This document shows positions 1 to 13,766 of a DNA stretch of 64,000 bases, one piece after another. The notes beneath the pieces are model-generated. The model was not told where the DNA came from. It did no database searches and worked only from the letters and a program-made list of their open reading frames with translations. The position numbers and the translations under genes are program-made. The stretch is from Octopus vulgaris. Its lineage: Eukaryota. Location of the stretch: the NCBI GenBank assembly GCA_951406725.2, contig OX597817.1:124000001-124064000 (forward strand). Direction: 5' to 3'. Each line of letters opens with the position of its first letter. Position 1 is the first letter of the stretch.

Positions 1-430
1 TAATTATAAGTTACACTAATGCTCCCAGAATTCCTGCACTAATGGAACTTCAATTTTTTCATGATTCCAATATAATTCTGTACATAGCCAGGATTTTGAG
101 TTGAGTACCAGATTGGAAATACACTGATTTGTCTTCCTTGTAGAACCATCACGATTATATTAGAAGGAATAAACATCGGTATTTCTGGTGCCATTGGTCT
201 TATTTGGGTTGTCAGTATTGTTTTCATTCTTTCAATATAGCTGTGAAGGTTGAAAGAATAAAAACAATACTAACCGTTGATATGACATCATCATCACTAC
301 ACTTGAGATATCTTGTCCAAGAACAAACAAGCAAAAAAACATGACTGAAAACAATACCTCCGCCTTAGCAAAGGTGGAGGTAAAAACGAGAATGGAAATA
401 AGACAAGAATAAAGAAATGATAATGAAAAC

Positions 431-657
431 AATCCTTTCTACTATATGCACAAAGTCTGAGATATTAAGTGGTGTGGAGGCTAGTCGATTATATCAAACC
501 CAGTTCTTGACTGGTACTTATACCGTCAGCCCAAAAAGGATAAAAGGATAAAAGGCAAAAGTTGACCATGGCAGAATTTGAACTCAGAGCCTAAATCCAG
601 AAGAAAAGTTGCTAAGCATTTTGTCTGGTGTGTTAATGATTCTGCTATCTCACCATT
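431..657 (-). mobile_element. SINE family A (tRNA-like head plus Deu/Nin-like central domain), degenerate
   Basis: Reverse complement resembles the better copies at 7696, 25893 and 39666 (gagctggcagaatcgttagc...gactttgcctttcatcc...aagtaccag). Confidence 0.75.
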
Positions 658-674
658 GTATATTTCTACAGCTC

Positions 675-716
675 TACTGCTACAACTACAACAACAACAA
701 CTATCACCACCACCAC

Positions 717-750
<34 letters not shown>

Positions 751-820
751 AGAAGAAGAAGAAGAAGAAGAAGAAGAAGAACAACAACAACAACAACAAC
801 AACAAGAGGAGGAGGAGAAA
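675..820. repeat. Compound trinucleotide microsatellite (CAA/CAC/GAT/GAA/GAG)n
   Basis: Directly visible; accounts for the poly-Q/M/E ORF 578..847. Confidence 0.95.
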
Positions 821-1756
821 GAACTAATTAAAATAAGGGTTTACTAAGACCATTAAGGAACAAAAGCTAGAGATAAGTAAAAGCATAAATAATGAGGATG
901 ATGATGATGAGGTTGGGTTGCAGTGTTGAAAGGAGAAAATTAAATAAGCATTAGTGTGAGGACCCAGTAATAGTGAACCTAGAGATCTACTAGGGGAAAG
1001 GAGAAGTTACTGGCAATAAAACTCAAGTGTTTGTTAGGTTATTGGTAAAGATAATGATTCTTCATTGAAATGACTAGAGCCTAAAATTAGGTTTAGGAAA
1101 GGAAAGATGAGGAAAAGTAGGGAAAGAGAAAAGGAAAGATGAGGAAAAGTAGGGAAAGAGAAGGGGAGAGAAACTATTCAGACATACATCCAAATACTTA
1201 GCAATGACCCTCAACCTAAATAATGGAAGGAAAAGGTGAAAAAAATCACTGTTTATAAAAACAAGTGTGCCAATAAATAACTAAATAAATAAATTAGATG
1301 AAAATAAATTAGGATAAGGCTTAATTAAAAATTCCAATTAAGTATCAGAGTGAAAATGTATTAAGAAAATAAATAGCTTGTTGCAAGGTGGTTCATGTGT
1401 TAGTTAAATCTACTGTGTCATAATGATAGAGAGTAGAATATGCTACCACTTGAATGGATGCAAGAAGGTGATTTAAGAGGCCATAGTGAGATGAAATTGA
1501 AAGTAGTCTATTCTAGTCCAAAACAAGTACCTCATTGACTGCTGTTAGTTAATTGAAGAAAGGGAAATGTAATAATGCTGGAATACAATTATATAACTTA
1601 GAAATCCATAAAATAAGAAGCTGATACCCGATGCAGTCAGAAATGAACAAAGCTATACAAGGAGAGTAGTTGCTAGTGAGTTAATTCGACCAAATATAGA
1701 GGAAAATTACAAGCAAGCATTCAGGATTAAGGATAAAGGAACCCAAAATTTAGGGT

Positions 1757-2047
1757 CATCATCATCATCATCATCGTTTAACGTCTGCTTTCCATGCAAG
1801 CATGGGTTGGACGATTTGATTGAGGTCTGGCGAACCAGATGACTGCTCCAGACTCCAATCTGATCTGACAGAGTTTCTACAGCTGGATGCCCTTCCTAAT
1901 GCCAACTACTCCGAGAGTGTAGTGGGTGCTTTTACGTGCCACTGGCACGAGGGCCAGTTATGTGGTACTGGCAACAGCCACGCACAAATGGTGCTTTTTA
2001 TGTGCCACCTGCACAGGAGCCAGTCCAACGGCACTGGCAACGACCAG
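1757..2047 (-). mobile_element. SINE family C with (GAT)n tail and AGGAAGGGCATCCAGC motif (Meta/MESC-like, name from recall)
   Basis: (CAT)n followed by gtttaacgtc...ctggatgcccttcctaatgccaac; shared with 6690, 11061 and 60802. Confidence 0.8.
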
Positions 2048-2458
2048 TAAAGGAACGAATAAAAAAAAGAAAAGGATAATGAAATGAGGAAGTACAGGTG
2101 TGGAATCCTCCAAATACATCTACAAGGAATATATAAGTATTGAGAATGATACGCTATGATTAAAAACTAGAGTTTATGTATTAACTAAATAAAAACTGCT
2201 GGAGTATGAACTGTCATAATAGAAAAGTTAGTAGAGGAGATTGTCAAGGTTGTTAATAACATCATTAATAAACCCCTGAGTAAGTGGCAGAATACATACT
2301 GGTACAGGAGGAGATTAACTTGTAGACTGTCATCTCTCAGGTATAGAAAATCAAGGGAACTAAAGAATGGTTTGAGATTTATAAAAGAAAGGGTGACTTA
2401 AACAAGCACAATATGATTAACTATAATAATGCTGGTATGTGGTAACTATGATACAGAC

Positions 2459-2580
2459 AGCTGAGTTGACTGGAACAACATGAAATAAAATAATGTCTTG
2501 CTCAAGGCTACAATGCGTCGCCAGAAATTGAACTCACGATCTCACGATTGTGAACTGAATACTTTTACCACTACACCATG
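2459..2580 (-). mobile_element. Degenerate CORE-like SINE fragment
   Basis: gctgagttgactggaacaacatgaaat...tcttgctcaagg; a similar copy lies at about 60625-60745. Confidence 0.55.
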
Positions 2581-3330
2581 CATCTTCATATATTATGTAC
2601 ATATGCATACAGAACACATTTCTGTTAGTCCCAGTTTTCTTCCCTTTATCTCTGTAAAGAATTTAAACTCAAAACATCAAGGTCCCTTCTATTTCGTAAC
2701 CTCTCACTGAGCATCATGCTAATATCTTTTCTTTTTTTACTAGTCTCAGCTCGAGAGCTATGGCTATGCTGGGGGCAAACTTTGTCTTTTAACTTCTATT
2801 CTGTTTACTTAGCATTAGTTTTAAACTTATGTATGAACATACATGCATGCACATACGCTTATATTCATTCTTCAGAATACTTAATTTTTTAGTTGCTATG
2901 CTATATTGGTGTAATGAGAATGCTTTTACAGATGCAAGACTACTAATACCAATATGTAAATTAGTTCATTTACCTACTTCAGTGACTACAAGGGTAGTTT
3001 TGTTTGATTTTATTGTTATTCATATCATGTGGATTACTTTCATAGATTATCGACTTTATTAATACTGCTTACCAACTTGTAAGACAAATACCATTTCTAT
3101 GTAGTTATAAGCAAATGTCTCATACTGGTATGGCGATTTTAAATAAAACTTGATGGTGGATGCCAAACTAGAAACCATTGTAACGCTGCTACCCATGCTG
3201 TTCTTGGATACTTAAGATACGTTCTATAGTAAGTGATTTATATAAGGCCAACATGAAGAGCCTGTTATCAGCAGTATGTTCTGCTTGAAATACCAGCTAA
3301 ATTTTATAGAAATCACATCTTATCAAATTT

Positions 3331-3467
3331 CGTTTTTGGCTTTGGTTTGCAAGATTCTTTATATGAGTTCATGTGTTGAAGCATATTCTGTTGTGTGGAA
3401 ATTTTACAGGTGAGTGTGTTACATTATAAGGCACAAAAAGAAAATGACTCTCCCTTGACACAACAGA
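3331..3467. mobile_element. Short retroposed insert with 16-bp target-site duplication and internal inversion
   Basis: ACATCTTATCAAATTT at 3315-3330 and 3468-3483; ttctgttgtgt (3386-3396) is inverted as acacaacagaa (3458-3468). Confidence 0.65.
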
Positions 3468-5994
3468 ACATCTTATCAAATTTTTAAAAAAGGGGAAATC
3501 TAGATTAAATAAAATTTTCTTTGATATGTTATGTGGAACAACAAGATGGAATAATCAGAGCAAGGATTTTAATGATAGGTTTTCTCCATGAATCTTGACC
3601 TGAGAATAAACAACCACAGTCATAAGTCAAGTGTTAGATAATTTATCATCTGTTCAGTATCTGTGATCAGGAGAGTTAACTATTAAATAGCTTACTCCTG
3701 ATTAATTGTTAACAATTATAAAAGCGATTATAGGATGACAGCACTTTATTAACTGGTAGTGTCGAATTATTTAAAGGGATGCAGATATGCTAAAAGTAGC
3801 CCTTTCAGTTGATTGAAATCGGTGATCACAATGACTTACATGTATTTGCTAGATTCATATCGTGATTTGTGGAAATTCAATTCTAGTGAGTTGTAGAAAT
3901 TCGATATGCTGTGTGAGTTGATATTTATCCAAGAAATATTCTAAGTTTTTATGCTAAAACTTCATCAAAATAGTGATAGCCATCAAAATAATGACAGTCA
4001 CCAATTTAATAAATATGGTATCAAGGTGTGTCAGCAAAGTATGTATGTGATAGAAAACATCCATATAATGGATGTCAGAGAGCTCTGTTGCTTCAAGTTC
4101 AACTGAGAATAAAGTAAAAAGGACAGAATTGTATTTATGAGACACGAAAAGAATAAGAGAATGTTATTACTTATAGTTCTATAAAAAGATACATAGACTT
4201 CAATAAACATAGAAAATAATGGATGTGTTCATAAAGTGATTCATTCATTCTTCTTATAAGCATAAAATGGTAAGTTGATATATTGAATAAGTATTCTTGA
4301 AAGAGGTGCTGTACGTCCTTGTCAGTGATGGGGACACAATTTACATGGGGAAAATTTGACAACATGTTACAAATAATAAGTTTAAGAGAAGTTTACGATT
4401 TTACATGGTCTTAGATCAAATCTCTAGTTTTGTAAGTACATGTGTGATATTCTTGAGAGAGTTGAGTAAGATTACATTGAAGGATTTTGAGTGATCATTG
4501 CAGACATTCCAGCCATGATCATTCCATTATCTTCCTAGTCATAGTGCACTTAGAACAATATTATCCAATGTGTCCATTTCTGAGATGATAGAGTGACACT
4601 TGAGAGAGTTGAAGTTGCTATTTCTAACAGATTAGTTTATATTCAGATGAATAATTTTGAGGGTGTATCATATAACCACTATTCGCTATTGTTATGTGTT
4701 CAGAACATTACACTAAATAACCTCAGTCCCACATGCTTAATAGAAATACAAATAATGTTTGAGAAGGTGATATAGTTATTATTCCAAACTGAGGGCTGAA
4801 TATTTTGGTATCTAATTATTTGACAGTGTTTCATCCACATTTTACTCACAAATGTAAAATTATTACTTGTTTATTCCAAAGATAAAGCCTTACTTTCCAA
4901 TTCAAGACCTTTGTTCTAAAAGCCATATATTTACTATGCATGAAATGTTCTTCTTCATTACATTCTGACACAGCTATATATATGTACTTATGTATATATT
5001 TGTATGATATATTAAGTAAAAATGCTAAATTCCATTTTTTTATACAATGTTGTTACCACTTTGTTTGAGATTAACTTTATGGCTGAGACTTAATCAAAAG
5101 CAATAGTTATGACCATCCTGTATTTCAGTTTTTTCCCAATGTACACAAGGTTATATCATTCAATGAATTTTTTTCCTTTTTACAAGACCAAAAGTTGTGA
5201 TTTAGGGGTATTTTGACTGCTATTTCTTGCAGGCTGAGCAAGGATGTATAAACTTCATCACTGGCTGGCATATAACCTATTGATCTCATTAAACAGACAA
5301 TTGGAAGTCTATATTAATAAAAATGAAAAAGAAATGGCTTTTGTTAGGGAAAGAGTTAACAGTTGATGTGCTACATAATACTTATTTATCACACCTAGAA
5401 TTTGAACTAATATTCAAGTTTATCTATTGTCATGAGGAAATGATACCGAGAAAAACAATTATTATTATTATTATTATTAGTAGTAGTAGTATTAGTAGTA
5501 GTATACACTGTTATATATATTGCTTACTTTTCAATTTGGTTAGATCGAAATATGTCCAGATAGAACTTTTTCTAATAATAATAATAATAATAATAGTAAT
5601 AATGATAACAACAATAATAATAATGTTAACTAAATAAAGTTATATACAATTGAAATTAAATTTATTGATTAAGAAAAGAGCTACCAATCTAAGATTGTAA
5701 TTTACAAATTATTTGACAAGACAAAAAAACGTAATTCAATCTTTGTAAAAAAAAATTTACTTTCAAAACAACAAACAAAAATAAGAGACAGAAAAAACAA
5801 AAACTACAGCAACAACAACAACAATATAGGAATTATACAGGAAACCAAACTATTTTATCACTTCTATGTGACTAATAAAGAAACATCTAGTTAGTTTGAA
5901 ACAAATGAATCTCTAATTATTATTACAAGTTTAAAAATGCTTCTTGATACATTGGAAATAAATAAACAAATAAATAGGTTAATAAATAAATAGA

Positions 5995-6025
<31 letters not shown>

Positions 6026-6689
6026 AAGGACAAATTATTAAAATATGTGCAACAACTAAAGCAGACAAAATAATATTTAAACTAATAAACACTAGTGACG
6101 TGAGTGCTAGCATAGTTGAAGTAATAAGTCAAAAATTTTTAATGAATTAAAATTGTACAATTAGTAATGAGTGCAATCATTTTCTGAACAACTAAATCTG
6201 GTATAACAAAACAATAAATAAATAAAACAAAATGAATAAAATAAAATTAAGGCAAACAGAGGGACAACCCTGAAATTTTAATTAATGAATTAAAATAAAT
6301 TAATTATAAAATGTACAAGAGAGTGAATGTAATCATTCATTCACAAAAAAAAAAAAAACTCTACACAGGTTTCTGACTTATTAGACCTTATTAACAAAAC
6401 AATGTAAAACCATGAGTCCAAGATCTTAGCAACAACTAATGATAAAAAATGAACTAGTGACAAAATTTTTTTTAATGTTTGCTTGAAATTTAATGATATA
6501 AAATTGTTAAATGTTTTTATGCTGGAATCTGTTTTATGTTTCAGTTTCACACATCCAAGTTAAAAGCAGATAATTATTTTTGTTTTATTTTGATATGTTT
6601 TCAAGAAGCAGACTTTGAATGAAATAAAGAGAAAATTACAAAATAGGATTCTTAGTGACCAAAACCTTTGACAATACTCCATGCTTGAG

Positions 6690-7076
6690 GAGATCCGTCG
6701 AGCCAAGAGAAATCATAGTCATAGCTGATGCTGGTGTCATGTAACTGACACTTGAGCCAGTGGCCCGTAAAAAGCACCATTTGAGCATTGGGCCCTCAAA
6801 GAGGCAATGTGGCCAATGCCAGTGTCACATAACTGGTATCTGTGCTGGTAGCACATAAAAAGCATCATTTGAGCATTGAGACAATGTGAATTATGCTGGT
6901 GCCAGTGGAACATAAAAGTACCCATTACACTCTTAGAGTGGTTGGTGTTAGGAAGGGCATCCAGCCATAGAAACTAAATCAGACTGAATTTTGGTGCAGC
7001 CTCTCAGCTTGCCAACCTTGACCAAACTGTCCAACCCATGCCAGCATGGACCATGGACGTTAAATGATGATGATGA
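6690..7076 (+). mobile_element. SINE family C
   Basis: gagtggttggtgttaggaagggcatccagcc...ggacgttaaatgatgatgatgat; internal imperfect repeats. Confidence 0.8.
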
Positions 7077-7695
7077 TATACATGTATGTGAATGTCTGCA
7101 TGTTATTTATCATCTGGTAAACCCTGAGTAAGCAGATCTATGATCAAAAGCAATCAAACTATGATCATCTAATATTTTTACAACTATTAAGGACCATAGG
7201 AGTTGTGAGCAAACTGCTGCCCACAGGACTTTCTGAATGGCATATTTAATGTTAGTAAACCTTCTTTAAACGTTTGAAGTATTGCAGCCTGCTTGATGAT
7301 GAGTCATATCTCATGCAGCTTGCTTCTTGGAAAAGATTGTCCATGCCAGGATTATAATACCTGGTGCACCCTTCGCTTTTTCTAAGATGTATTCTGTTAT
7401 TCATTTTGTTGTTTCATTCACTGGAGTGCAATCATATTAGAGCATCATCTTAAAAAGTCGTTGCTGTTCATTTCAATCCCAGTGCTTAGAGTTAAGGCTG
7501 GTACTTTATTTTAGTGATTGGCATTTGTCCAACCATTAAGTTAAAGAATATAGACACAGAGACAGACATGTAAACACACATGCACATACTCACATTTTTA
7601 TAGTTTATTATTCTACTACTGGGAGGATCAAGATAGTGTTCCATCAAATGTGAGATAAATAGCATGTGATATACCCATTATTTAGATAGTAATAG

Positions 7696-7907
7696 GGCAG
7701 TGAGCTAGCAGAATCGTTAGCATGCTGGACGAAATGTTTAGCAGTATTTCACCTGTCACTATGTTCTGTGTTCAAATTCCGCCAAGGTCGACTTTGGTTT
7801 TCATCCTTTCAGGGTTGATAAATTAAGTACCAGTTACGCACTGGGGTCGATGTGATCAATTATCTCCCTCCTCCAAATTTCAGGCCATGTGCCTATAGTA
7901 GAAAGGA
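7696..7907 (+). mobile_element. SINE family A, full length with TSD
   Basis: ggcagtgagctagcagaatcgttagc head; 18-bp TSD ttatttag(a/g)tagtaatag at 7678-7695 and 7908-7925. Confidence 0.9.
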
Positions 7908-9129
7908 TTATTTAGGTAGTAATAGTAACTTTTATGCAAATACTGTGTGTTTGTGTGTGTGTGTGTGTGTATACACATATGCACATATATACATATATGT
8001 ACACACCTACATTTATATATTTACACAATGTGTTTCTGCAGTTTCCATTCACAAATTTTGTTCACAAGACATTGGTCAGCTCAAGGATTTATTAAAAGAA
8101 CTTATTGAAGATGCAATGCAATTGGACTGAACATGGCAACACATGGCAACACATGGCTTTCAAGTAAACATCTTCTTTATCAGACACTATGGCTGTGGAA
8201 TGAAGATGTGACTGCTGAATTTCTCTCATGTCAAGTGACCACATTGAAATCCCTGCTTCATTAGCTTGTATTACCTCCATTGTTAATTAGCAAGGTGATG
8301 GCACCAATTACAAATGATGACTCATCACAGCATCTTGAATTTCATTTCCATTTCAATGAGAGCCAATATTACTATTAATAAAATTGCTCTCAGCATATTT
8401 TCTTAGATTAACTTAGAATTTTAAAATTAGAATTGGATTTAATTACATTATTTAGCATAGGGTGGAGTCCTTTTTCAGTTCCTGCAGCAAATCACAAGTG
8501 CATAAGAACTTATTGGTAGTGCAAGTATGTTGAAATAAATAAAATATTTTAAATTTTACAAACACATACGACATTTCATAACAAATTAGTCTTATTTTAT
8601 CAAAGCTTTACCTGTTTTCTGTTTTTATATGGGTTTATCAATATTTCATCAACAGACGTTTCCAAATTTGAATTTAAGGAAAATTTTGCTCACAGGTGAT
8701 GAGTTCTTTACATTGTTTAGCAGATTCCTAATTATCCATCCCACTATAGATGGAATTACCACTTCATCAACTTCACAGAGCCATAATTTTCTGAAGCTTC
8801 TCCTTCATTTATATAATTTCATAACATATCTTATCACTTCAAGTTATATGAATATCTTTCTTGCTACAAGTACTTTAATATTTTCCCATACAAAAGCCTT
8901 TTTTTCACCCCTTTGGATTCTGGGTTCTTGGCAGGTAGACTTAATCCACCAACTTGATTGAATCCAACTTAGATGCCTGCTACAGAGTCCACTCTGTCAC
9001 AAGTATTCAGGGTTAGGTATTTACTTTTTTGAATAACTTTTTCCTTTCTTCTCACCAGTCAGACAGACTCAGTAAAAATTAAAGCTTATAGATGCAGTCA
9101 TCCTTACTCTAAGTATTAAAACAAAAATA

Positions 9130-9369
9130 ACTTACATTATTTACAATTGATGGATATTTGTCCTCATCTTGTTTGTTGTTAACACAGCATTTTGGCTTAT
9201 ATACCCTCCAGCCATCATCAGGTGTCTTGGGGAAATTTCGAACCTGGGTTCTCATTCCTAAGGTATTTTTCGATGCTATTATTATTATTAATATTCAGGT
9301 CACTGCTGGAATCGAACTCGGAATCCTGGGGTTAGTAGCCCGCGTTCTTAACCACTATGCCATATGCCC
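9130..9369 (-). mobile_element. tRNA-headed short element carrying a hammerhead-like motif (SINE/retrozyme-like)
   Basis: Minus strand: A box TGGCATAGTGG and B box GAGTTCGATTCC (9297-9369), (AAT)n spacer, then the hammerhead-like motif at 9181-9226. Confidence 0.7.
9181..9226 (-). ncRNA. Degenerate minimal hammerhead ribozyme-like motif
   Basis: GACAC-CTGATGA-T-GGCT-(12 nt)-AGCC-AAAATGCT-GTGTT: stems I and II pair, CUGAUGA is intact, the GAAA/stem III side is mutated. Confidence 0.6.
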
Positions 9370-11060
9370 AGTTACTGACTAATAAGAAGATAACTTACCC
9401 AATTACTGACTAATAAGAAGAGACAAATCTGTTGCCATAATTAGAGAAAATGGCTAATCAACTAATCAAGGAAGTTGATCACTACAAAGGAATTCATCAA
9501 TGTAAAATTTTTATTTCTAAACTAACACATAAACGAGACGTGTTTTCATGTTATAACAAAGGCATTCTATTAAGAGTAAAACTATTCTGAATTAAAACTA
9601 CCATCAAACAGACAGCACCTTTGAATTTACAAGACAGCCTTTCTTGAAACAGAGAGTTGGTGATATGATTAAGTCATTAAAGACATAAAATTAGTTGTTT
9701 AACTCTATATCAATCTTGATTCTATAAACTTAGGATCAAAGGCATTCTAGCCTTGAACATCTTGTCCTTTAAAGAAGATCAAAGCTGCATTGTCAAATGT
9801 ACCCTTTCTGTTATTTTAAGATGGTAGACTGTTTTGAAGAAGATTTGTTTGTTGAACAACAGTAAGTTGAACAACTGTACAGATGCTAAATCTTTGGGCT
9901 CTAAGTTGATCCATTTGTGATTGATGATAGATGAGGGCTCAAATCATAAAAATCTGAAACAATTAATTTTATAGCACAACACACTAAAGACAATGAACTA
10001 ATGGCATCACACTTTTAGTGGTTCTATATATTGGATGTGTGGAATGATGTTAATGGTATAAAATTTCTCGAAATTTAATGTTACAATGAAAGAAATGGAA
10101 TGAACATTGGATGAAAGATTTCAAGGAGATTAATTAACACTGCAAACTCATTATGGGATAGTTTCATATATTGCTGTATCTAATGCTAAGAATAATGCTT
10201 CCTATGTCAAAAGTAACAGCTCAGTTGACAACAAGTCTGTTAATGAGATAGGCTACACTGAGAAATCAGTGGAGAGGGTCTCATTATAGCTTAATGTCGA
10301 AATGCAAAATGGTTAGAAATGGGTTCAAAATTTGCAGTTAATTTCCTATATTTGAATATGAGGTTATATCATGAAAATTTGATTGTTACATGGCAGGCAA
10401 AATAGGAAGATTGTTGGAAATAATTTCCATGTTTGCTGTTATGATAAGTTAATTTTCTAAACTCTAAATGTAAGGTTATAAGCATGAATATACGAGTCTG
10501 ACACAGCAACAAAATAGTAAAATGATCAGAAATAGGATTAAAATTTGCTGTCTTTATGAAGTAGTTACCAATGAACTAAAATATAACAATAAGATTCAAT
10601 CCATTGGTGACCTGCCAAAATTTAAGCTTTATTGTGCTGCCAAAATCTTAACAACAGCTTTAGTAAACTATCGAAATTTTAGTTATGAGCTCTCTAGATA
10701 CATAAAATCCAATATTAGCAATAAAAAATATTATAAATATTATTTCATGGGAGTGGGGCAGCACTGTTGGTCGACATTGACCACTCAAGCATGCATCTAA
10801 GTTTCCTCTATCACTGTTGTAATCCAAAGAGAAGGTCAGTGTTTTGGGCTAATATTACTTAACACCAGTGTCATTGCAAGCATTGCTGTCAAAAGACAAA
10901 TAGCCAGAAAAAATATTGCAAGGCATCTCAGACTACCCTCCAAGAGAGTTGTTAATCCATCACCCTGAATTGGTATTTTTGTTACATACCTCAAAAGGAT
11001 AAAATGGGAATTTGACTTTAGTAGGATTTAAACTAAAAGGGCAGAAACTTGGAACAAATT

Positions 11061-11430
11061 ATCATCATCATCATCATCGTTTAATGTCCACTTTCCATGC
11101 TATCATGGGTTTGATGATTTGACTGAGGGCTGTCGAACCAGATGGCTGCACCAGGCTTCAATCTTGATCTGGCAGAGTTTCTACAGCTGGATGCCCTTCC
11201 TAATGCCAACCACTCCGAGAGTGTAGTGGGTGCTTTTATATGCCACCGGCACATGGGCCAGTCAGACGGTACTGGCAATGACCTCGCTCAAATGTTTTAC
11301 ACATACCACCGGCACGAGTGCCAGTAAGGCGACACTGGTAATGATCATGCTCGAACGGTGACTTTTATGTGCCACTGGCACGGAAGCCAGTTAGCCACTC
11401 TGGCAACGATCACACTCGGATGGTGCTCTT
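11061..11430 (-). mobile_element. SINE family C with internal imperfect tandem repeats
   Basis: (CAT)n tail, ctggatgcccttcctaatgccaacc, repeated tgcca(c)(c/t)ggcac...ctgg(c/t)aa(c/t)ga units. Confidence 0.85.
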
Positions 11431-12430
11431 GAAGTCTAATGACTCTACTAATTTTTTGTACATTGCTTTATTATGAGGGATTAAATATATAATACTATAA
11501 CGGGGAAATCCAACATCATAGAAAACTAGAGATAGTCTTCACTGTCCAAAATGAGCCAATATTAGTTTAGGAATTTATAGAAAATTTTTTAAATCAGTCA
11601 GCAGGATAGAAGCATAGAATATAATGCTTTATCTGAGAATTAAAATATAAACGAGAAACATTGAAGTTGAAGAAAAAAAATTGATGGGCTGGATAGAAGA
11701 GTGAAAGCATGGGAAGCTAAGGGGGAGAGAAAAAGATGACGGATTAAGGTCAGAAGTTGGCTTTTGAAGGTAGATAGATAGAGTGATGAACAGAGTTACA
11801 GTTAAGGTAACATGTCAAAGTTGGCATGGGCAACCTATTTTGAGAAGCAGGGCACATGAAGCACGGCATATTATAAGGTTGGCTGCACTACTAAAAAAAA
11901 CTTGAAGATAATTGTTTTTCAGCCATGATATTCAGGACGTCCAACAAGCTGAAGTTTACCCATGGAAGAGATAAAGAGTAGGTACATACAATACATCAAA
12001 TACATCACTTATAGAGATACAGTTACAATGATAGATTAGAAAAGAAAAGGGCAACAGTACAGGAGCACAGGCAATTTTCAATCATGGAATTATATACACA
12101 CACACTTTGTTTTGTTGTTGGCCTTTTCAGTAAAGTTACCTATTTACTTTTTCTCCTTTATGATTACCTAAAGCTCATGTAGAGGCTCCTATTTCAGGAT
12201 CAATAATTTTGGCTAGAGTGTTATTAAAGTTAGGAGGTTATCAAGTTATACGATTTATGGGTTTGTTTATATATATTTGGTAGTCCAAATCAGATATGCA
12301 ATCTATGTGGATGGCTTTTCAATACAATGTCGGGTTTAAAAAAGCTACATCAGGTGCCATGATGAATCTAAGGTGTAGTTATAAGAGGTTGTCAAACTTA
12401 GCATAAGAAGTAGACAACCACCATATACAC

Positions 12431-12484
<54 letters not shown>

Positions 12485-12487
12485 GTG

Positions 12488-12524
<37 letters not shown>

Positions 12525-12861
12525 ACATATACAGATACACACACACACACATATGACAAAGAAAAGATGGAATATATACAAGAATTTATTATTAATCATG
12601 ACAATTGTTTTGACACATCTAGCATCGATCCCTCATGGGTGGGACACTCAACAACTGGTTCGGGAGCATCTAGTAGTGCTCATGTATTTCATCAGGGGAT
12701 AAATAGACACAACTCATTAGAATAACAGATCTGCAATGTAACTTCTCATTTTGTAGAAAGGAAAGCAGCCAGATAGAGGAAATATCTTCATTTATATAGA
12801 AAATCAAAAATAAAATCATACACACACATGCACACATATATGTATATATATATATATACAT

Positions 12862-12894
<33 letters not shown>

Positions 12895-12898
12895 CATG

Positions 12899-13190
12899 TG
12901 GAGGTGCAATGGCCCAGTGGTTAGGGCAGTGGACTCGCGGTCATAGGATCGCATAGACCAGGCATTGTGAGTGTTTATTGAGCGAAAACACCTAAAGCCC
13001 ACGTGGCTCCGGCAGAGGGTGGTGGCGATCCCTGCTGTACTCTTTCGCCACAACTTTCTCTCACTCTTTCTTCTGTTGGCCTGCTCGCTTAGCCAGCAGG
13101 GTGGCGTCATTTGAAGGCTAAAAACAATGCGAAGCGCATTGTGACCAGCGATGTGTAGCAACATCTGATAGCCTGGTCGGTCACGGTGAT
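12899..13190 (+). mobile_element. SINE family D (tRNA-derived head), tail type 1
   Basis: tggcccagtggttagggcagtggactcgcggtc head; gagcgaaaacacctaaag body; tail also present inverted at 47928-48047. Confidence 0.85.
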
Positions 13191-13766
13191 ACATATACAT
13201 ACACGTATACTCATGAGCATCCATAAATACACAAATAAATATATACACCATGCATATTTCCTTACTTAGCTTGAGATAGATGAAGTTTACAGATCATGAG
13301 AACATTAATATCAATGTAGAAAATTTATAAAACATTGAGAGGTAACTGAATTATGATTGAATGTGAATGGAATTTGATTATTTGCATAAGTTGCATCATG
13401 ATTTTTCCCAGTAAATATCTCTTCAGCATACAACAAAATATCAACAGTCAGTGGTCATTTAAAAATCTGAGTGTAACACTAAGTATGTGCAAGCCAAGTC
13501 CAAGTGGCCGTTGGTGATATCTTTTATTTGTTTCAGTTATTTGACTGTGGCCACACCGTGCACTGCTTTGAGGAGTTTAGTCAAACGAATCAACTCCAGT
13601 ACTTATTTTTATTTTCAGGCTTGATACTTATTCTATCAGTCACTTTTTACTGGACCATTAAGTTACAGAGATATAAAACAAACCAACACTGGTTGTCAAG
13701 TGGTGGTGGGGAACACACACACACACACACACTCGTACATATACTGGCAAAAGGAAAGTCACTAAG

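Noticed and set aside
1-430. Two short minus-strand ORFs at the window start
   Set aside because: No recognisable motif in any frame; truncated by the window edge.
578-847. Poly-Q/M/E ORF
   Set aside because: Starts inside a SINE and is a translation of compound trinucleotide microsatellites.
3954-4110. NKYGIKV resembling the piggyBac KYGIK motif on the plus strand
   Set aside because: Only five residues match and there is no supporting flanking motif.
9297-9369. Possible tRNA gene (ACT anticodon)
   Set aside because: Acceptor stem pairs poorly and it continues into a repeat tail; treated as a SINE-like head.
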